Source: Utricularia gibba (taxonomy: Eukaryota; Plantae; Magnoliophyta). From it: a stretch of 64,000 nucleotides of DNA. Location: the NCBI GenBank assembly GCA_002189035.1, contig NEEC01000002.1, positions 2,418,001-2,482,000 of the forward strand, read 5' to 3'. Positions within the stretch are counted from its first letter, which is position 1. Each line of letters starts with the position of its first letter. Of this stretch, positions 49,504-62,561 are shown piece by piece. The notes under the pieces were generated by a model that was given only the letters and a program-made list of their open reading frames with translations, did no database searches and had not been told where the DNA came from. The translations under genes and the position numbers were made by a program.

Positions 49504-51283
49504 ATGATACCCTCAGTTTCGTAAAAAAAACCTAGGAAATGTAAAAAAGATGATGCTTTCTCCTTGGATTTTAAATCAGAAAATATTCATTTTATTTAAA
49601 TACACAAATAATAATTTTTTAATTTTTATTCATTAAAATTCTATTCAATATTTTAAAATAAAATAACGTTCATCCTCATGTTGAGCCCATGTCTTGAAGG
49701 GCCCAGGAACAACAAAGCCCATACATGGGCCGGGTCATTGAGTGATATATGCCCAGCCCACCAAGGATCCACATTTTTAGACAATAATCGGCACCAATCA
49801 TCATCCGGAGATATTTATTTCATTTTCAAATTTTTATAAGATGTCAAACCTGAAATTAAAATGAAAGAACGGACCCGTACCGTAAGCGAAGACCAACACA
49901 ATTAAATGATAATAATTATGCCAAATCTTTGACTACTCCTCTCATCACAGTCTAGGATTTTAAAATTATGGAGGTAATGTTTGAAAAATTATTTTAGAAT
50001 TGATTTTAATAGAATTAAAAATTATAATAAAATGAAAATTGATATATATTTGAAATTATTTTTTAAAATGATTATTATATAATTGATTAATGTTTGGAGT
50101 GAAAAAATAATAAGTGATTTTTATAATTAAATTACATATTTATTAATAATTATACTTTATAAATTATTTAAATAATAATATGGATATCTATCAAACTCTT
50201 AACTAATATTATCAAATTAGTATTTATTTTAAAAATACTATTAATTGTAATTATGACAAATTGATATAATAGTAAATTCATTTATTAAAATCAATTTTTG
50301 AAAAATAATTCTATATGTGAAACTACACACATCCATGATTCTCACAGAATTGAATTAATTTCTCAAAAAAGATAAATCAATTATAAAAAAAATAGAATTA
50401 AATTTATTAAAATATAAATGGTTTCCATACATTACTGGATTCATTCCGAAATTAAATCAAATTCAATTCATACTCAAAAAAAATCTGAAAATGAATAAAG
50501 ATTCTATTTTCTAAAAAAATTAAAAATTAAAAATTAATAAACTCGATTCAATACATTATAATAATGATTCCAATACAGAATCGCAACTACATTAAACAAT
50601 AAGTTGAATATGACACTCACTCCTTCAAAAGTGTTACTCGTGTTTGCATCAAACGAGTATAAGTAGATCACAACGATCGAGTATTAGTAACATACGTCAA
50701 TATTTCATGTTACGATGGCGCTATTACGATCCGATTGAAACAGAAATGAGGGCATGAGATTGAAGTTGAGAAGGTAGAGCATGCAAGCTCATGAGTTACT
50801 TAATTAGGAAACGTATTTGACCCAGGCATGACTTCAAGTACGGTCCAAGAAATCGTGCTATGTGCATCTTAGCTACAAGTGTATTGACATTTGTGTAGGG
50901 CATTATTGATTGCTAGGCTTCGTGGGAAGCTTCCCCCGTGGTACGGACCACATCCATGTCACACGCCTCTTTCCAAATGCCTCCTCGTGTCGATAATGCA
51001 CACTGTTTTAAAACCCGGGCCGAAATTCAAGATTCGAAATCAATGCTAATACAAATATCTATTTATATATCTTCTTCATATCATTTATTGAAAAATATTT
51101 TTTGAAAATTAATTCTAGTAAGATATAATGTAATTTTATGTAATTTTTTTTTAAAGAAATTGATTCTACATTTTTATTCTTTTTTAAAGATAGGATGTAG
51201 TAACAAAATTATTTTTGATATTTTTTTCAACATTCGAAGAAAGTATGGTAAAATGATCGGAGAAGAAGTTCCAAAACATTTAA

Positions 51284-51529
51284 AGGATATTTGATAATAT
51301 AGTATAATATTTAAGTTTATACATAAAATGCTTTTTAATTAATTAAGGTATGTATGTAAGTCATGTATATTCATTTTTTTGAATATATAAATGATATATA
51401 CAAATGAAAAAAAAGGCTAATTAGACATATACTACTCAAATACTATGAATTTTATTCTTGAATATGAAGCATTATATAATTATTATATTATATTTAAACA
51501 TACTAATACCATACTATCAAACGATGTCT
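51284..51529 (+). mobile_element. MITE-like repeat, copy B, with imperfect terminal inverted repeats (Tourist/PIF-like by inference)
   Basis: Left end AGGATATTTGATAATATAGTAT vs reverse complement of the right end AGACATCGTTTGATAGTATGGTAT. TA-rich flanks. Homologous to 9713-9976 and 56936-57170. Confidence 0.6.
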
Positions 51530-51576
51530 TATAAATACCCGAGCATTAGAAGCTGCTCCATCTCAAGCACAAGAAC

Positions 51577-52063
51577 ATGGCGACTGTCTCATTCTCGATA
51601 ACTTCCAAGGTGAGCAGACAGAGGAGGAAGAAGAAGGGCACCCACCTGAAGAACAAATACAGCAACACATTCCTGATCGTGATCAAGGTCATCGGCAGCA
51701 CCGGCCCCATCCGGTTCGTCGTCAACCGGGCGGATTCCGTTGCAGATGTGATCAAGAAAGCCCTGGATCAGTACGCCCACGAGGGCCGGTTTCCGGTCAT
51801 CGACGACACCGGAGACTGCTTCTACCTCTGCCCCACTGATCCTTCCTTCCTCTTTAAAGGCAAGCTTCCTTTCTCCTCGTAATAAAACGCATGCATGAAT
51901 GTGGACTTGCGCTCATGTCCGTTGGATTGCAGCACTGGATCCGACGGACAGAATCGGGTCCACCGGAGCCCGGATGTTCTCTCTCTACAGGAAGCAGAGG
52001 AGCCGCCGGGAGACGAAGGAGCATATCAAGAAGAACCTCTGGCGCGAGTGGCTCCACTTTTAA
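51577..52063 (+). CDS. At4g22758-like protein of unknown function (DUF7054-type; 137 aa; exons 51577-51859 and 51933-52063)
   Basis: FLIVIKVIGSTGPIRFVV...VADVIKKALDQYAHEGRFPV matches the family pattern. A GC-AG intron joins in phase to ALDPTDRIGSTGARMFSLYRK...NLWREWLHF*. TATAAATA at 51530-51537. Confidence 0.78.
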
Positions 52064-52724
52064 GTCATAATGGGGTCAAAATAAATACAACACGTGTTTG
52101 TTTATTATTTTATTTTTTATCATTTTATGTATGAATTTGTCAGTTTTATCAAAAATCAATTATTATGAAACAAATATGGTAGATTATGTTTCATAGGTTT
52201 AAATTATTTATCTTTAGATAAACACGATTACGCCATATACAGATCTATATGAAAATAACGTCTTACATTTGAGTTTAATTTATTTGCGTAATTTATTTTG
52301 AGTGCTATAGTATTTCTATATTTAGTATGCGTGTTTAATGTTATTAGATTTATAAAAAATTATCATTGTACTCCCATGATTTTCAAACCAACTAGGACAT
52401 ATTAAAGCATATTCAAAGGAAAAAAGAAAATAAAGTAATTAAATTAATTTAATAATTTAAATAATAGTGGGCCTGATTAATTTAATTGGGCCTCACTTAA
52501 TTTTTTTTGAAAACTTGTGAGTTTTTTTTAGGGGAAAAAAGCGAAATCGTAATTTAATATCCTTTTTTGTACACGTAAATCCGCATATTATTTATTTTAA
52601 TTATAAATTTACATTTTTGAAAAGGAGAATATTAAAAAAAACAGCGTAGATTAATACCTCATGGCATTGGAGTTTTGCAGGGAAGCAAATAAATAAACCC
52701 TAAAAACAATGTACAAGGAGGTGA

Positions 52725-54391
52725 CTACAGGCCCCGAGGGTAGCCGTTGGGCATCGGGATCCTTGCCTCGGGAAGTCCGATGAACAAATCCGTCACCACT
52801 TCGGAGGTTGCTTCGCTCGCCGGCGCCGCCGTCGCTCTGCGTTGCTCTGACACCGCCGCTTCAGTCTAGTCGCCGCAATTCACAGACAAAAGCTTCAGTT
52901 TATGGCATTTCGCACAAGGCAACTAAAAATTTAAGGTTTGGTTTCGTGTAGTCTTGGGTTTTCACCTGTTCTCCCAACATTGCGTTCTCCCCGCCAAACG
53001 CTTTTACCTGCAACCCAAACACAACCCAGTGGTCATAAATAGTGATCTCATACTTTATCGTTCAACCCTGGTATCAGAGAGGATTTCATGGTTTTGAATT
53101 CGGACCCATGTCGATCCGATTCCATAAAATGGGCGAGGATCTATGTGGGTGTTGGCTCAAGGCACTTACTTTCTCTTCCAGTTGCTGAATCTTTTGCTTG
53201 TACATTTGCACCTGCGGGAGGAGACGTCTACAGTAAAACCCACTGGAAAAGGAAGCAAATTTTAGGTTTGTTTTCAGTCACCTTCTTCGTGCGGATCCTG
53301 TGAAGGCTGCGGTCGAGGTGTTTTTCTGTCTGCTGCAGCTCCTCGATCGTACTCGTCTCTAAGCCTTCGCCTAACAGCCTCCTGGAGGTATGAACACACC
53401 GCTTAAGTGATTCACTGATCACGTGATTAGAAGAACTAAACACAGTCAGTTGACAAGAACCTTTTGCATGCTTCCAGTTGCTCGATTTTCTTCATCAGCT
53501 TTGCAATCTCAGCTTTCATGTGCTGCAGGAAGCGAAGTTTAGCAACAGATGAACGGATGTTGGGTCAAGAAAAGGAACAAATTACCTGTAAATTGTCTTC
53601 TAGACATGAATTTTGAGGAGGATTATTTGACTGAGAAGCCTTGGCATGTTTCTGGTAGTGTTCAATTGTTTCCATCATGCTGAAAAGATGAACCAGGAGT
53701 TTCCCATCTCAATGTTACTATTCACCCACAAGCTCAAAACACAAGCAACTTTCTCGAATCAGAAACGAATACGATGGTCAGACAGACACGAACCATCAAA
53801 ACAAATGGCAACTAGTGTCAAGCAGTCCCCACACAAACTGCATCTAACCATTTGATTGAAATGAACAGATTGGTTGGTGTGAAGTAGCCTGAAAAACCAT
53901 CAAAAACGAAGATCCCTGCAAAACTGCTGCGGCTTATGAAGGAGGTGATAATACGAGATCCGGTGGATCGGGGAATCCGGAATTCTGAAATTCAAAGGGC
54001 CGTCCCTAAAAGACTTGGAGGGTTCATAAGTGTCTTGTCTTAGCTGGTTTGAAACACCTAACTAACTCCATGGTGTCCATCCACCTCAACGCACACAAAA
54101 ACCTAATGAAGTAAAAGGAAAGGCAAGATCTAGGAGGAGGACACTCAGATCCAACAAAGACCCCAAATTCAAGCTCAGTTTAAGTTTTGGTTTCAGTTTT
54201 AATTCTTACCTTGAGCTTGCGAATTCGTAAAGCTTGCCGCGGGGAGAAAAGATTATGAGCCCGATCTCAGCATCGCAGAGAACAGAGAGCTCGAATGCTT
54301 TTTTCAGCAGCCCATTTCTCCTCTTTGAAAAGGTGACCTGTCTGCTGGTAGCATTCTCAATGCGCCTCATCTGAGTCTTCCCCCTCACCAT
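52725..54391 (-). CDS. SOC1: MIKC MADS-box transcription factor, SOC1/TM3 clade (7 coding exons)
   Basis: [43 protein letters not shown]-box exons including two typical 42-nt exons, and C-terminal SOC1 motif [13 protein letters not shown]. Exact paralogue is not resolved. Confidence 0.9.
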
Positions 54392-55275
54392 TCTCACCTA
54401 CACAGCAAAATCAACTAAGAAACCATAGTGATTGTGATCTGCAATAACAGCAAATGAGACGCCTGGAAGAAATATATATTCCTTTGAGTGAATGACCAAC
54501 CCTTTTCTTTGCTTTCTTTTCCTCAGAACTATCTTTTTCTTTGAAAGTGATGGACGTTTGTGTTTGAACCCAGTAAAAGAAGAAACCCACAAGCCAAAAG
54601 GTAACCTAACACATTTGGCAAAAAAGAGCAGACGCTTATTATACAAAGTGGTAAAAGGAGAGGAAAGCAAGTGAATGCGTCTGCAAGAGAGGGACAGATA
54701 AAACAGTAAAGAATGTTGTAGCTAAAAACGAAGCCCATGACAAGTATCCATCTTTGCAGCGACTGATTGACTGCCTCTCTTTTTCAGGAAAGTTTGGCTT
54801 CGAATAAAAACACAATAACCTCAAAACTCACAACATTAGAGCATCATAAAGAAGAAAGCAATCTAATTTCAGTGAGATTTTGGCGATGCATTTTCCAATT
54901 CATGTTTCTGCGTGCACTACTTGAACTTACAGAGTCCTGATTCAATGCCCTAGATTGTTCGACATTGAGAAGATGCGACCTAATTCTCTTCATCTCCTCC
55001 TGAGATGCTTAAGGAAACCCTAATCAATCATCAGTAAGCATAATTCCAAGGCACTGCGCACTACCCGACGTGGAAGTCATTAGCTTTTTAAGAACCCTAC
55101 GCCGGATAAGCTTGGCATCAGTTTCGGTTAATGATGGTCAGCGCAGCGCTGGTTCGCATAACGAAGGCTTGTACAAGGCAGCGGTGCCATAAATGTAAAA
55201 TAAAAAGAGGAGCCTGCGCGTTTCTAGGGGTGCCAGAGGAGCGGCGAATGAGGGATGAACAACTCAATTCCCGTT

Positions 55276-58200
55276 TCATGACTTTTCTCCGACAGCGGAG
55301 CCCGCGGCTCCTCTGTCATCGCTATCCTCTCCACTAGGCAACTGTAGACGAAGGAGGGAAGAACAGTGTGACCCACTACACCTAATAACTGAACTGTTCT
55401 TTCCAAAACGACCCCAGTTCATTGGTAAGCACCCAGACCAGATACGTATACCCGAATATGATCCACAAGTCAACACAAGCAACCCATCCATTTCCCTCCC
55501 CAGATCCAAAAACCCACTCGGTTTCATTTCATAGCCGATATTCCACTTCCTTCTCAACCTACTAGTGTATTGTTCATATTAAAACAAACAATCGAAATAA
55601 AATAAAAAATTATATAAAAAATTATAGATCATTAGTAATTAATTAAATATTATAATTTACATTTCGTATATAATTGAGTATTATGTATACTCAACCAAAC
55701 TATCCTATCCTTAATTTCAATGGTTCATATTTTGGAATGCATTGTACAAAGGCGTGGGGCTAGCAATGGTGCACCGATGGCTCCTGTGCGCCAAGTGTAT
55801 GTGCATTATTCAATCAGCATGTCAAAAAAAATTGGTATTTTTTTAATTTTACAATAATACATAAATAAAAGTTCACATAATTCATTTGGCCTGCAATCCC
55901 TCGAAATACTAGAAATGAATTGAAAAGTGGAAAAAAAAACTGTTAAAAAAGGAATCAAAAAATCATAATAAACAAAATTGTTCATTTCAAATTCATAAAT
56001 TATTTTTTAAAAATGAGAATTTTATATTATCATTCTAAAAAACGAAATATTCCACATAAAATATTAACTTACTATTTAAAAAACACAAAAAATAAAAAAA
56101 TAAGACTTTACCAAAATGTAATTCCTTAAAATACACTTGTATCTATTAACTCCATTGTTTCAGAATAAAATTTACAGCATACAAAAAAATGAATATGATT
56201 TACGATGCTGACACTTGACAGCGGATGCCATGCTGAATCAAGGGGTAAAAAAAAAAAAAAAAGCATTCCAAGAGGGTAACTGTTGAAGTAGGAATGAATG
56301 AAAAATTTACTCATGAGCGATCGAGGGCCAGGCTTCCATCTGCAGAGTTTAATTACTACACGACTAGAATATTAATGAAGTGGTATCCAGTCATTTCAAA
56401 GTGAATTAACCGCAGTAAAAATTTATGTGTTTGCTCTCAATATTCGGAATGGGACGTGGTCTCTTGATTCGGGAATTGAAAAGGTTGTAAAGGTGGAGGC
56501 TGTGGCTGTCAAATTTTGCTTATTTTAGAATGATGCATGAATGTTATTTTAAGGAAGATTTGTGTCCGATGGGACGTCACATTGGTGCGCCGCATGCTTC
56601 TAGAAGCACGCCTATTTATTTTTAGAATGAATAAAAAACACTTTATTTGACAACCCCTTTCCCAATGGATAACTTACTATTCTTATTTTGTAGACATTTT
56701 TATATTTAATATCATTTTTTAAAATCATATTTATTTAATAAATGTATTTTTTAAAGAAGTATGTAGAATAAATGGACGTATATTTATTAAAAATATAAAT
56801 AATTTAAATACATAATTAATTAAATTATTCGAGGAAAAAGTGTGAAGTCATGTAATAGGCATGACACAATTCCTTATCCGAGGCAAACTTTGCAGTAAGA
56901 TCTAAATGAGGGAACGAATTGCAAAATGTTATTTAGAGGTCATTTAATAAGATATTAGTATGTTTAAGTATAATATAATTAAGTATAACGTTTTTATATT
57001 TGAGAATAGAAATTTGCGTACGTGAGAAGTATAGATTTAATTAATCCCCTTTTTTCCATTTTTGTATATCACTCACATGTTAAAAAAATAAATATATCAA
57101 TATATACTAATTAATCAAATATCGATTTATATGTAATTTAAAATATAAATCTTATATAGTATATAATTGTGAGATCTTTTGGGAGGTGGGAGTGGTGGAA
57201 AAAGGGTGTTTGGAACTGGAAGGTATTCCGTTTTTTAATGTAAGAAGAAGCGGTGCGGATGATCTATGGACAGGGTTGTGTTGGTGATTACTCGTCGTCT
57301 TCACAGAATCTTTTAGTAGCCACCTAAGGATTCATTTGATGTTCACTCCACAGCATAAATACACGACGCCATGTGCAGCACGCAAAAGATTGCTTGCTCA
57401 CTACAGAGGCAAAGTCGCGCTTCTGTGAACTCCAGCTTTTGTTTCGAGCTTGCGCATTATGTGTTTTGAAAAAAGAAAGAAAGGGTTGGATTCCCAGGAC
57501 ATTCCTCAGACTTCTTTCGGGTAGATCGGTACGAGAAGGTCGGTCAACCGACAATGGGTCTGCGGCTGCTTTCAGAACGGTAATAAATTATTCACCCCAC
57601 ACTCGAGTGGGATTTACCCATTGACCCTGTTTACTGTCTTTACACTTTCGCTTGTACCCACCGGATCTGATTTGACTTCCCTGTGGATGTCTCCAGTCTT
57701 TGGTTGGCTTTTTGGTGAACCCCAAGTTTCACATCCGCAGAGAGGGGAAGCTCGAAGTCAAAGCTAGCCTAAGCCTGCTCTTCTGGCGTTTAACAGTTCC
57801 TCATTTAAACGCCCCCTTCATGTCTGGGCAGTAGGGTTTAGCCCATGTAATGTTCGAAGGAGGTGGAGACTTACAAGCTTTGATGCAGGAATCTTGAAGG
57901 ATAACCAGATCATTAGGTTTAACTCGAACTGTATGACAATTAGAATACAGATCAGGAATTTTGAACATGCCGACAGCCCTACTTTACCATGGACCTTTCG
58001 ACAGAGATGGCATTGGATGCTTGGTTCCATCGCCCACTTGCACCATCGACTACAGTCCATTGTTTTATTGCATTCTGTGGATGAGCTGAGCTTGCTTAAG
58101 AACATAGAGAACCAAGCACGTGGTTAGTTCCCTTCACCAATTCCTTCTGGATACCAAACTTCTAAGTTTGTACAGGCTCTCTGCGCCAGGAACACCCAAT

Positions 58201-58953
58201 TATCTCTACAGGTTTCTCTTCAATGGCTACCATAGCCCATTTCTGATGAAGACTTCAGTCCTTGGAAGGAAACAAATATGATTTCAGAAACCAGCCATCC
58301 TGATGGCTTTCCTAAAGCAAAGGAAAGTAAGAAAGGGCCTTCAAAATGTATCTACTTGGAGTGGATGCATCGCCCAAAAGCATACAAACAAATCAGCAGG
58401 CAAGTAGTTGCTAAATACGTTGAGAACTAAGACCCAAAGTGTTTGCTCGGAGAAGACCCTACCAATCAGCCTGCAATCATTCATCCAAATGAACCTCCTG
58501 TCTAAGCAAAGGGGTTGGGTGTAAACCTTCATCTCTTGGAGCCAATAGACAGACGGTTATTGTATAACCAAACTGCGAGAACCGCTTCAAACTTTCCTAT
58601 TTCGACATACACTGAAACGGCGAAAAGTTGTAATCTTGCAAAAAAACCCACGTAGAAAACACACAAAAAAATTTAAATTCGGAAAACCAACTCTTCCGAA
58701 GAGAGTAAAGCCAGTAGTATGGTGGGATTCGGACAAGGAACAGTAAATGCTGAGGAAACGGAGTTTTTTCATCGGATGGCGAGGGCGACTGGAATCCAAC
58801 CGACCTTCTGTTGAAAGGAATGGGGATTTCAAAAGAAGGAAATTTCGAGTTCGGCGATACTGGGGCGATGCTGATGTATCGAGCCGGCGCACGGACCACC
58901 TCCGGCTGCGAGGGCCAGTGATTTGCGGTGACGGCGACGCCGCACCACAACAA
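55276..58953 (-). other. Unassigned, possibly degraded multi-exon transcription unit
   Basis: GC-richer blocks bounded by plausible GT/AG sites and a long frame with few stops (57899-57324). No consistent full ORF or recognisable family. Confidence 0.3.
56936..57170 (-). mobile_element. MITE-like repeat, copy C (reverse orientation)
   Basis: Its reverse complement carries the same ordered blocks (AAGATTTATAT, TTAATTAGTATAT, GATATACAAA, TATACTTCTCA, TTAAACATACTAATA) as copies A and B. Ends are eroded. Confidence 0.5.
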
Positions 58954-59393
58954 AACAATTATATTTTTTGGTTTTTTCTGTTTTTTTTCGCATTTATTTA
59001 ATATTTATTTAATTAACACATTACCGATTTCGTGAAATTAAAAATCTAAATATTTAATTATAAGAATATTTTTTGCACTTCACTGTTCACAACAACGGTA
59101 AACCCTAAATGCGGGGTTTTATTCTTCATCCCTTGGCCGAGAGCGCGAAACCTCGTCGGGGGAAGAAACCGGTAATGCTACAGGCTAATTGGAGTTTGAT
59201 TTAGGGTTTCGGTTCATAGGGAAAGGTTTTGTTTCTTTTTGTGAGAACAATGGAGTGTAATGTGAATGAGTTGTGCCTGGCGAACGGTGGGTGTAGTTCG
59301 ATTTTGAATGTCTAATGTTGAGATTGATCAATGCTGTGTTTGGTTTCTTTCAGTTTCTGATTTTGCAGCGTTGGGGTGCTAACTAATCTGCCA

Positions 59394-61351
59394 ATGGAAG
59401 GGCCGGGCCAATCGCTTCCAGAATTTATCGAATCCAGCTTAAATGGCAACGTTGGTGAAAATGAAGAAATTGGTCTGAATGAAGCTGAAAAAATTGAAAA
59501 AGTAGGAGAGGAATCCGATAGCTCGAATGCTGAATCCGGCTTTAGAACGGATCGGGAGGTGTTGGGATCTTTTTTTAGGCGCCTCTCCACGGAGCGTGTT
59601 CCTGTTCGAGTTCATGATATCATCATCCAGGGTAACAAGAAGACAAGGGGCATTTTGATTGAGTCCCTGGTCGAGGAGATTTTGAGGAATGCTACAAGCG
59701 TCCAGCAATTGGCGGGCGCTGCCCGTTATGCGACTATGCAACTGGAAAGCCTGGATATCTTTGATTCCGTAACTATTACGCTGGACGCGGGGCCACGGGA
59801 GCTGCCTGGAACTGCAAATGTTGTCATTGTGGTTTCTGAGAAGGACCCAATTTCTGGGGATTTCGGTGTTTACACCAAACCTGAGGTTAACAATCTTCAT
59901 TAATGCCCTTTGAAGTTTGATTTTCTCCTATTACAATTGGTTGATGATGATGTTTCATAGGTAAAGTCTTGGACATTAGAAGCCTCAGTGAAGGGGAAAA
60001 ATTTGTTTGGCTATGGAGATATTTGGGATGGTTTGGTGGGTTATGGATGGGGTCAAAGCTTAGAACTTAGCACAGGAGTGTCTGTACCCAGGTTTAAATC
60101 GATTTCTTATCCCTTGTCAGCCAGGATTTCGGTGCTTTCCCAAGATTGGCTGAAGTTATCATCATATAATGAGAAATTGCTGGGTTTCTCGCTTGGATTA
60201 TTTTCTTCTGGGAACCATGATGTATCTTACAATCTGTCCTGGCGTACATTGACAGATCCATCACAAATGGCTTCGCCTGAGGTTAGAAGGCAGCTTGGTC
60301 ATAGGTTATCGTCAGGCTTAAAGTATGCTTTTAAAATTGACCAGAGAGATTCTCCAGTGAGACCAACGAGAGGGTTTTCTTTTGCTTCAACTACCCATGT
60401 TTGCGGCCTGTACCCTGACACTCGGAGCCTGCGGTTTGTTCGCCAAGTATGTGATGCTGGTTGCTTGTCTCTTTGAGTTTTCCACATATTGTTTGCCGAA
60501 GCTTTTAGAATATTTGTGCCTTAGGGATTCATTTGTCTGCTAGATTTTGGTCTAAACTTTAGGAGGCTCAAGCTTAGCAGAATAATTTCAGTATGCTTCT
60601 TTCACTTCATTGATAATGGCCATACGGTAAAGTGTCATCTTCTCCATGTTCTTCTCTCTCTCGACAGGAAGCCGACCTTCGTTATGCCATACCCTTGGGA
60701 TTCTATCGCTCATCACTGAATTTTGGAATTTCCGCTGGTTTTATATTTCCATGGGGTGACGGATTCCTGAACAAGTCTTCATATATACCCGAGAGGTTCT
60801 TCATGGATGGTAACGTTTCCCCAGTTTGCTCCTTGAGAGGGCCCACATCAATTTTCGGATTCAAGCCAAGGGGACTAGGTCCTGCAGATCCTAGAAGAGG
60901 CTCAAGAGATAATCCCATTGATGGAAATTCTGACACGTCCAGTGTTGACCATGTGGGCGGTGATCTAGCCTTTACATGCTTTGCAGATTTATCATTCGAC
61001 CTACCCCTGGAAGTTCTGAGAAATGCTGGTATTCATGGGCATGTATTTGCTTGCGCTGGGAACCTCAGTAAGTTAACTGATAAGGCATACAAAGCGTTGT
61101 CCTTGCAGAGCTTTCGTGACACTCTCCGGACCTCCGTTGGGTTCGGTCTCGTTGTACCCACCAAACTGTTCCGGATGGAGGTATGATGAATCAATGCATA
61201 TAATGTATATGAGTGGGTTTCTTTTCCCCTGAAAATGATCATGCCGCCTGCTGAACTTGTGCCGCAGGCCAACTACTGCCATGTCGTGAGACAGCAAGCG
61301 CAGGACTGGGGGAAAACGGGTATACAATTCAGCTTCTCTTCCTATACGTGA
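59394..61351 (+). CDS. SAM50: Mitochondrial SAM50 / Omp85-family beta-barrel assembly protein (4 exons)
   Basis: POTRA region VRVHDIIIQGNKKTR...LESLDIFDSVTITLDAGP, KGKNLFGYGDIWDG, LKYAFKIDQRDSPVRPTRG, RTSVGFGLVVPTKLFRME|ANYCHV, and terminal beta-signal GIQFSFS. Confidence 0.92.
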
Positions 61352-62561
61352 TCCGGTAACGCCTCTTGGCCGGCGGCATTTCTTTCATTTTTGTTGGGGT
61401 GGGATCTCTGAGAGTCCTGGAACAGCTTCCTTGCTTGAGCGTCGGTGAAACGACCCGCACCCCAGCACACGCCCTGGTCGTTCGGTGGCTCCCAATTCCT
61501 AATTAATTTAACCATTATATTCACTGTAGTCGCTACAGTAATCATAACCATTATTTTAAATTCGGACCGAATTTAAACTGTGTTCTATATAATTTTTGGA
61601 TGTTATTTTTACTTATATTTTTATTAAAATTAATTTTGTACAGAATAATTTCTATTTATGTTATTGCTTTTGAAAAAAATAATTTTTGAGTGTTGTAAAA
61701 AATGAGTTAGAAGTAAAAATAAGAAAACAGTTATTTTTACTTATTATTTCTAATTTTGTCATCAAATTTTTAAAAATGTTTTTACCCTAAATCTCCTAAT
61801 CTATTTTTTCAATTATTTTAAAACACATCATTTTTATTTATATTTTTTCAAAAAAATTTCTACTTCTATTTTTTACTTTTTCAAAAATAAAAACAACATT
61901 AAAATTTTTTTCATAATATTCTTTTAGTATCGTACTAGCCCAAGATTGAAAAAAGTATTTCGGTTGAAATTTAGGTTTACGGGATGTACGTTAAAAAATG
62001 GCCAAACTTCGAAATTGGGAATTTTTTCCTAATTCCTTTATCAATTAGACATGTTCCTTCACCCGGATACACCGCGTGTGGGTCCCGCAGTGTAACCCAG
62101 TCCAGTGCCGACAGGAACCCCCGATGCACCTCTGCTCCTTGAGGCTTACGTGGTCCATTACCCATGTCCTTCCTCAACATGGTACATTCTCTCACCTCGT
62201 CATCTCTGATTTTGTTCATATGTAATAGAGCAAATAATTATACATAATAAATTAAAATGATATGATTAGATATATAATATATTGTGAATTAATAATAGTT
62301 AAATATAAATGTGATTCACATTTTTTGTATATTTAAATTTTATATATATGCTTGTTTGATATATCGTATTATCAATTTCAACATAATATCAAAATGTTTG
62401 TTTTACAACATAGTTTTGATAGTCAAAATAATTTTTATATTGATCTGAATTTCGATTAAAAAAAAGAAAAAAAGGAGGTTTATTAAACTTAAATTATAAA
62501 AATTAAATTAATTTATAACTCTAACAATATATGTCATTACAAAAAAATAAATTTTAACTAA

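Noticed and set aside
57840-58070. PHD finger in the orphan region
   Set aside because: Spacing is C-x2-C-x3-H rather than x4, the last Cys is missing, and the reading depends on an unverified splice choice.
61977-62219. 80-aa minus-strand ORF in a GC-richer island
   Set aside because: No recognisable domain, splice context or element termini. It may be a TE remnant, but that is unsupported.
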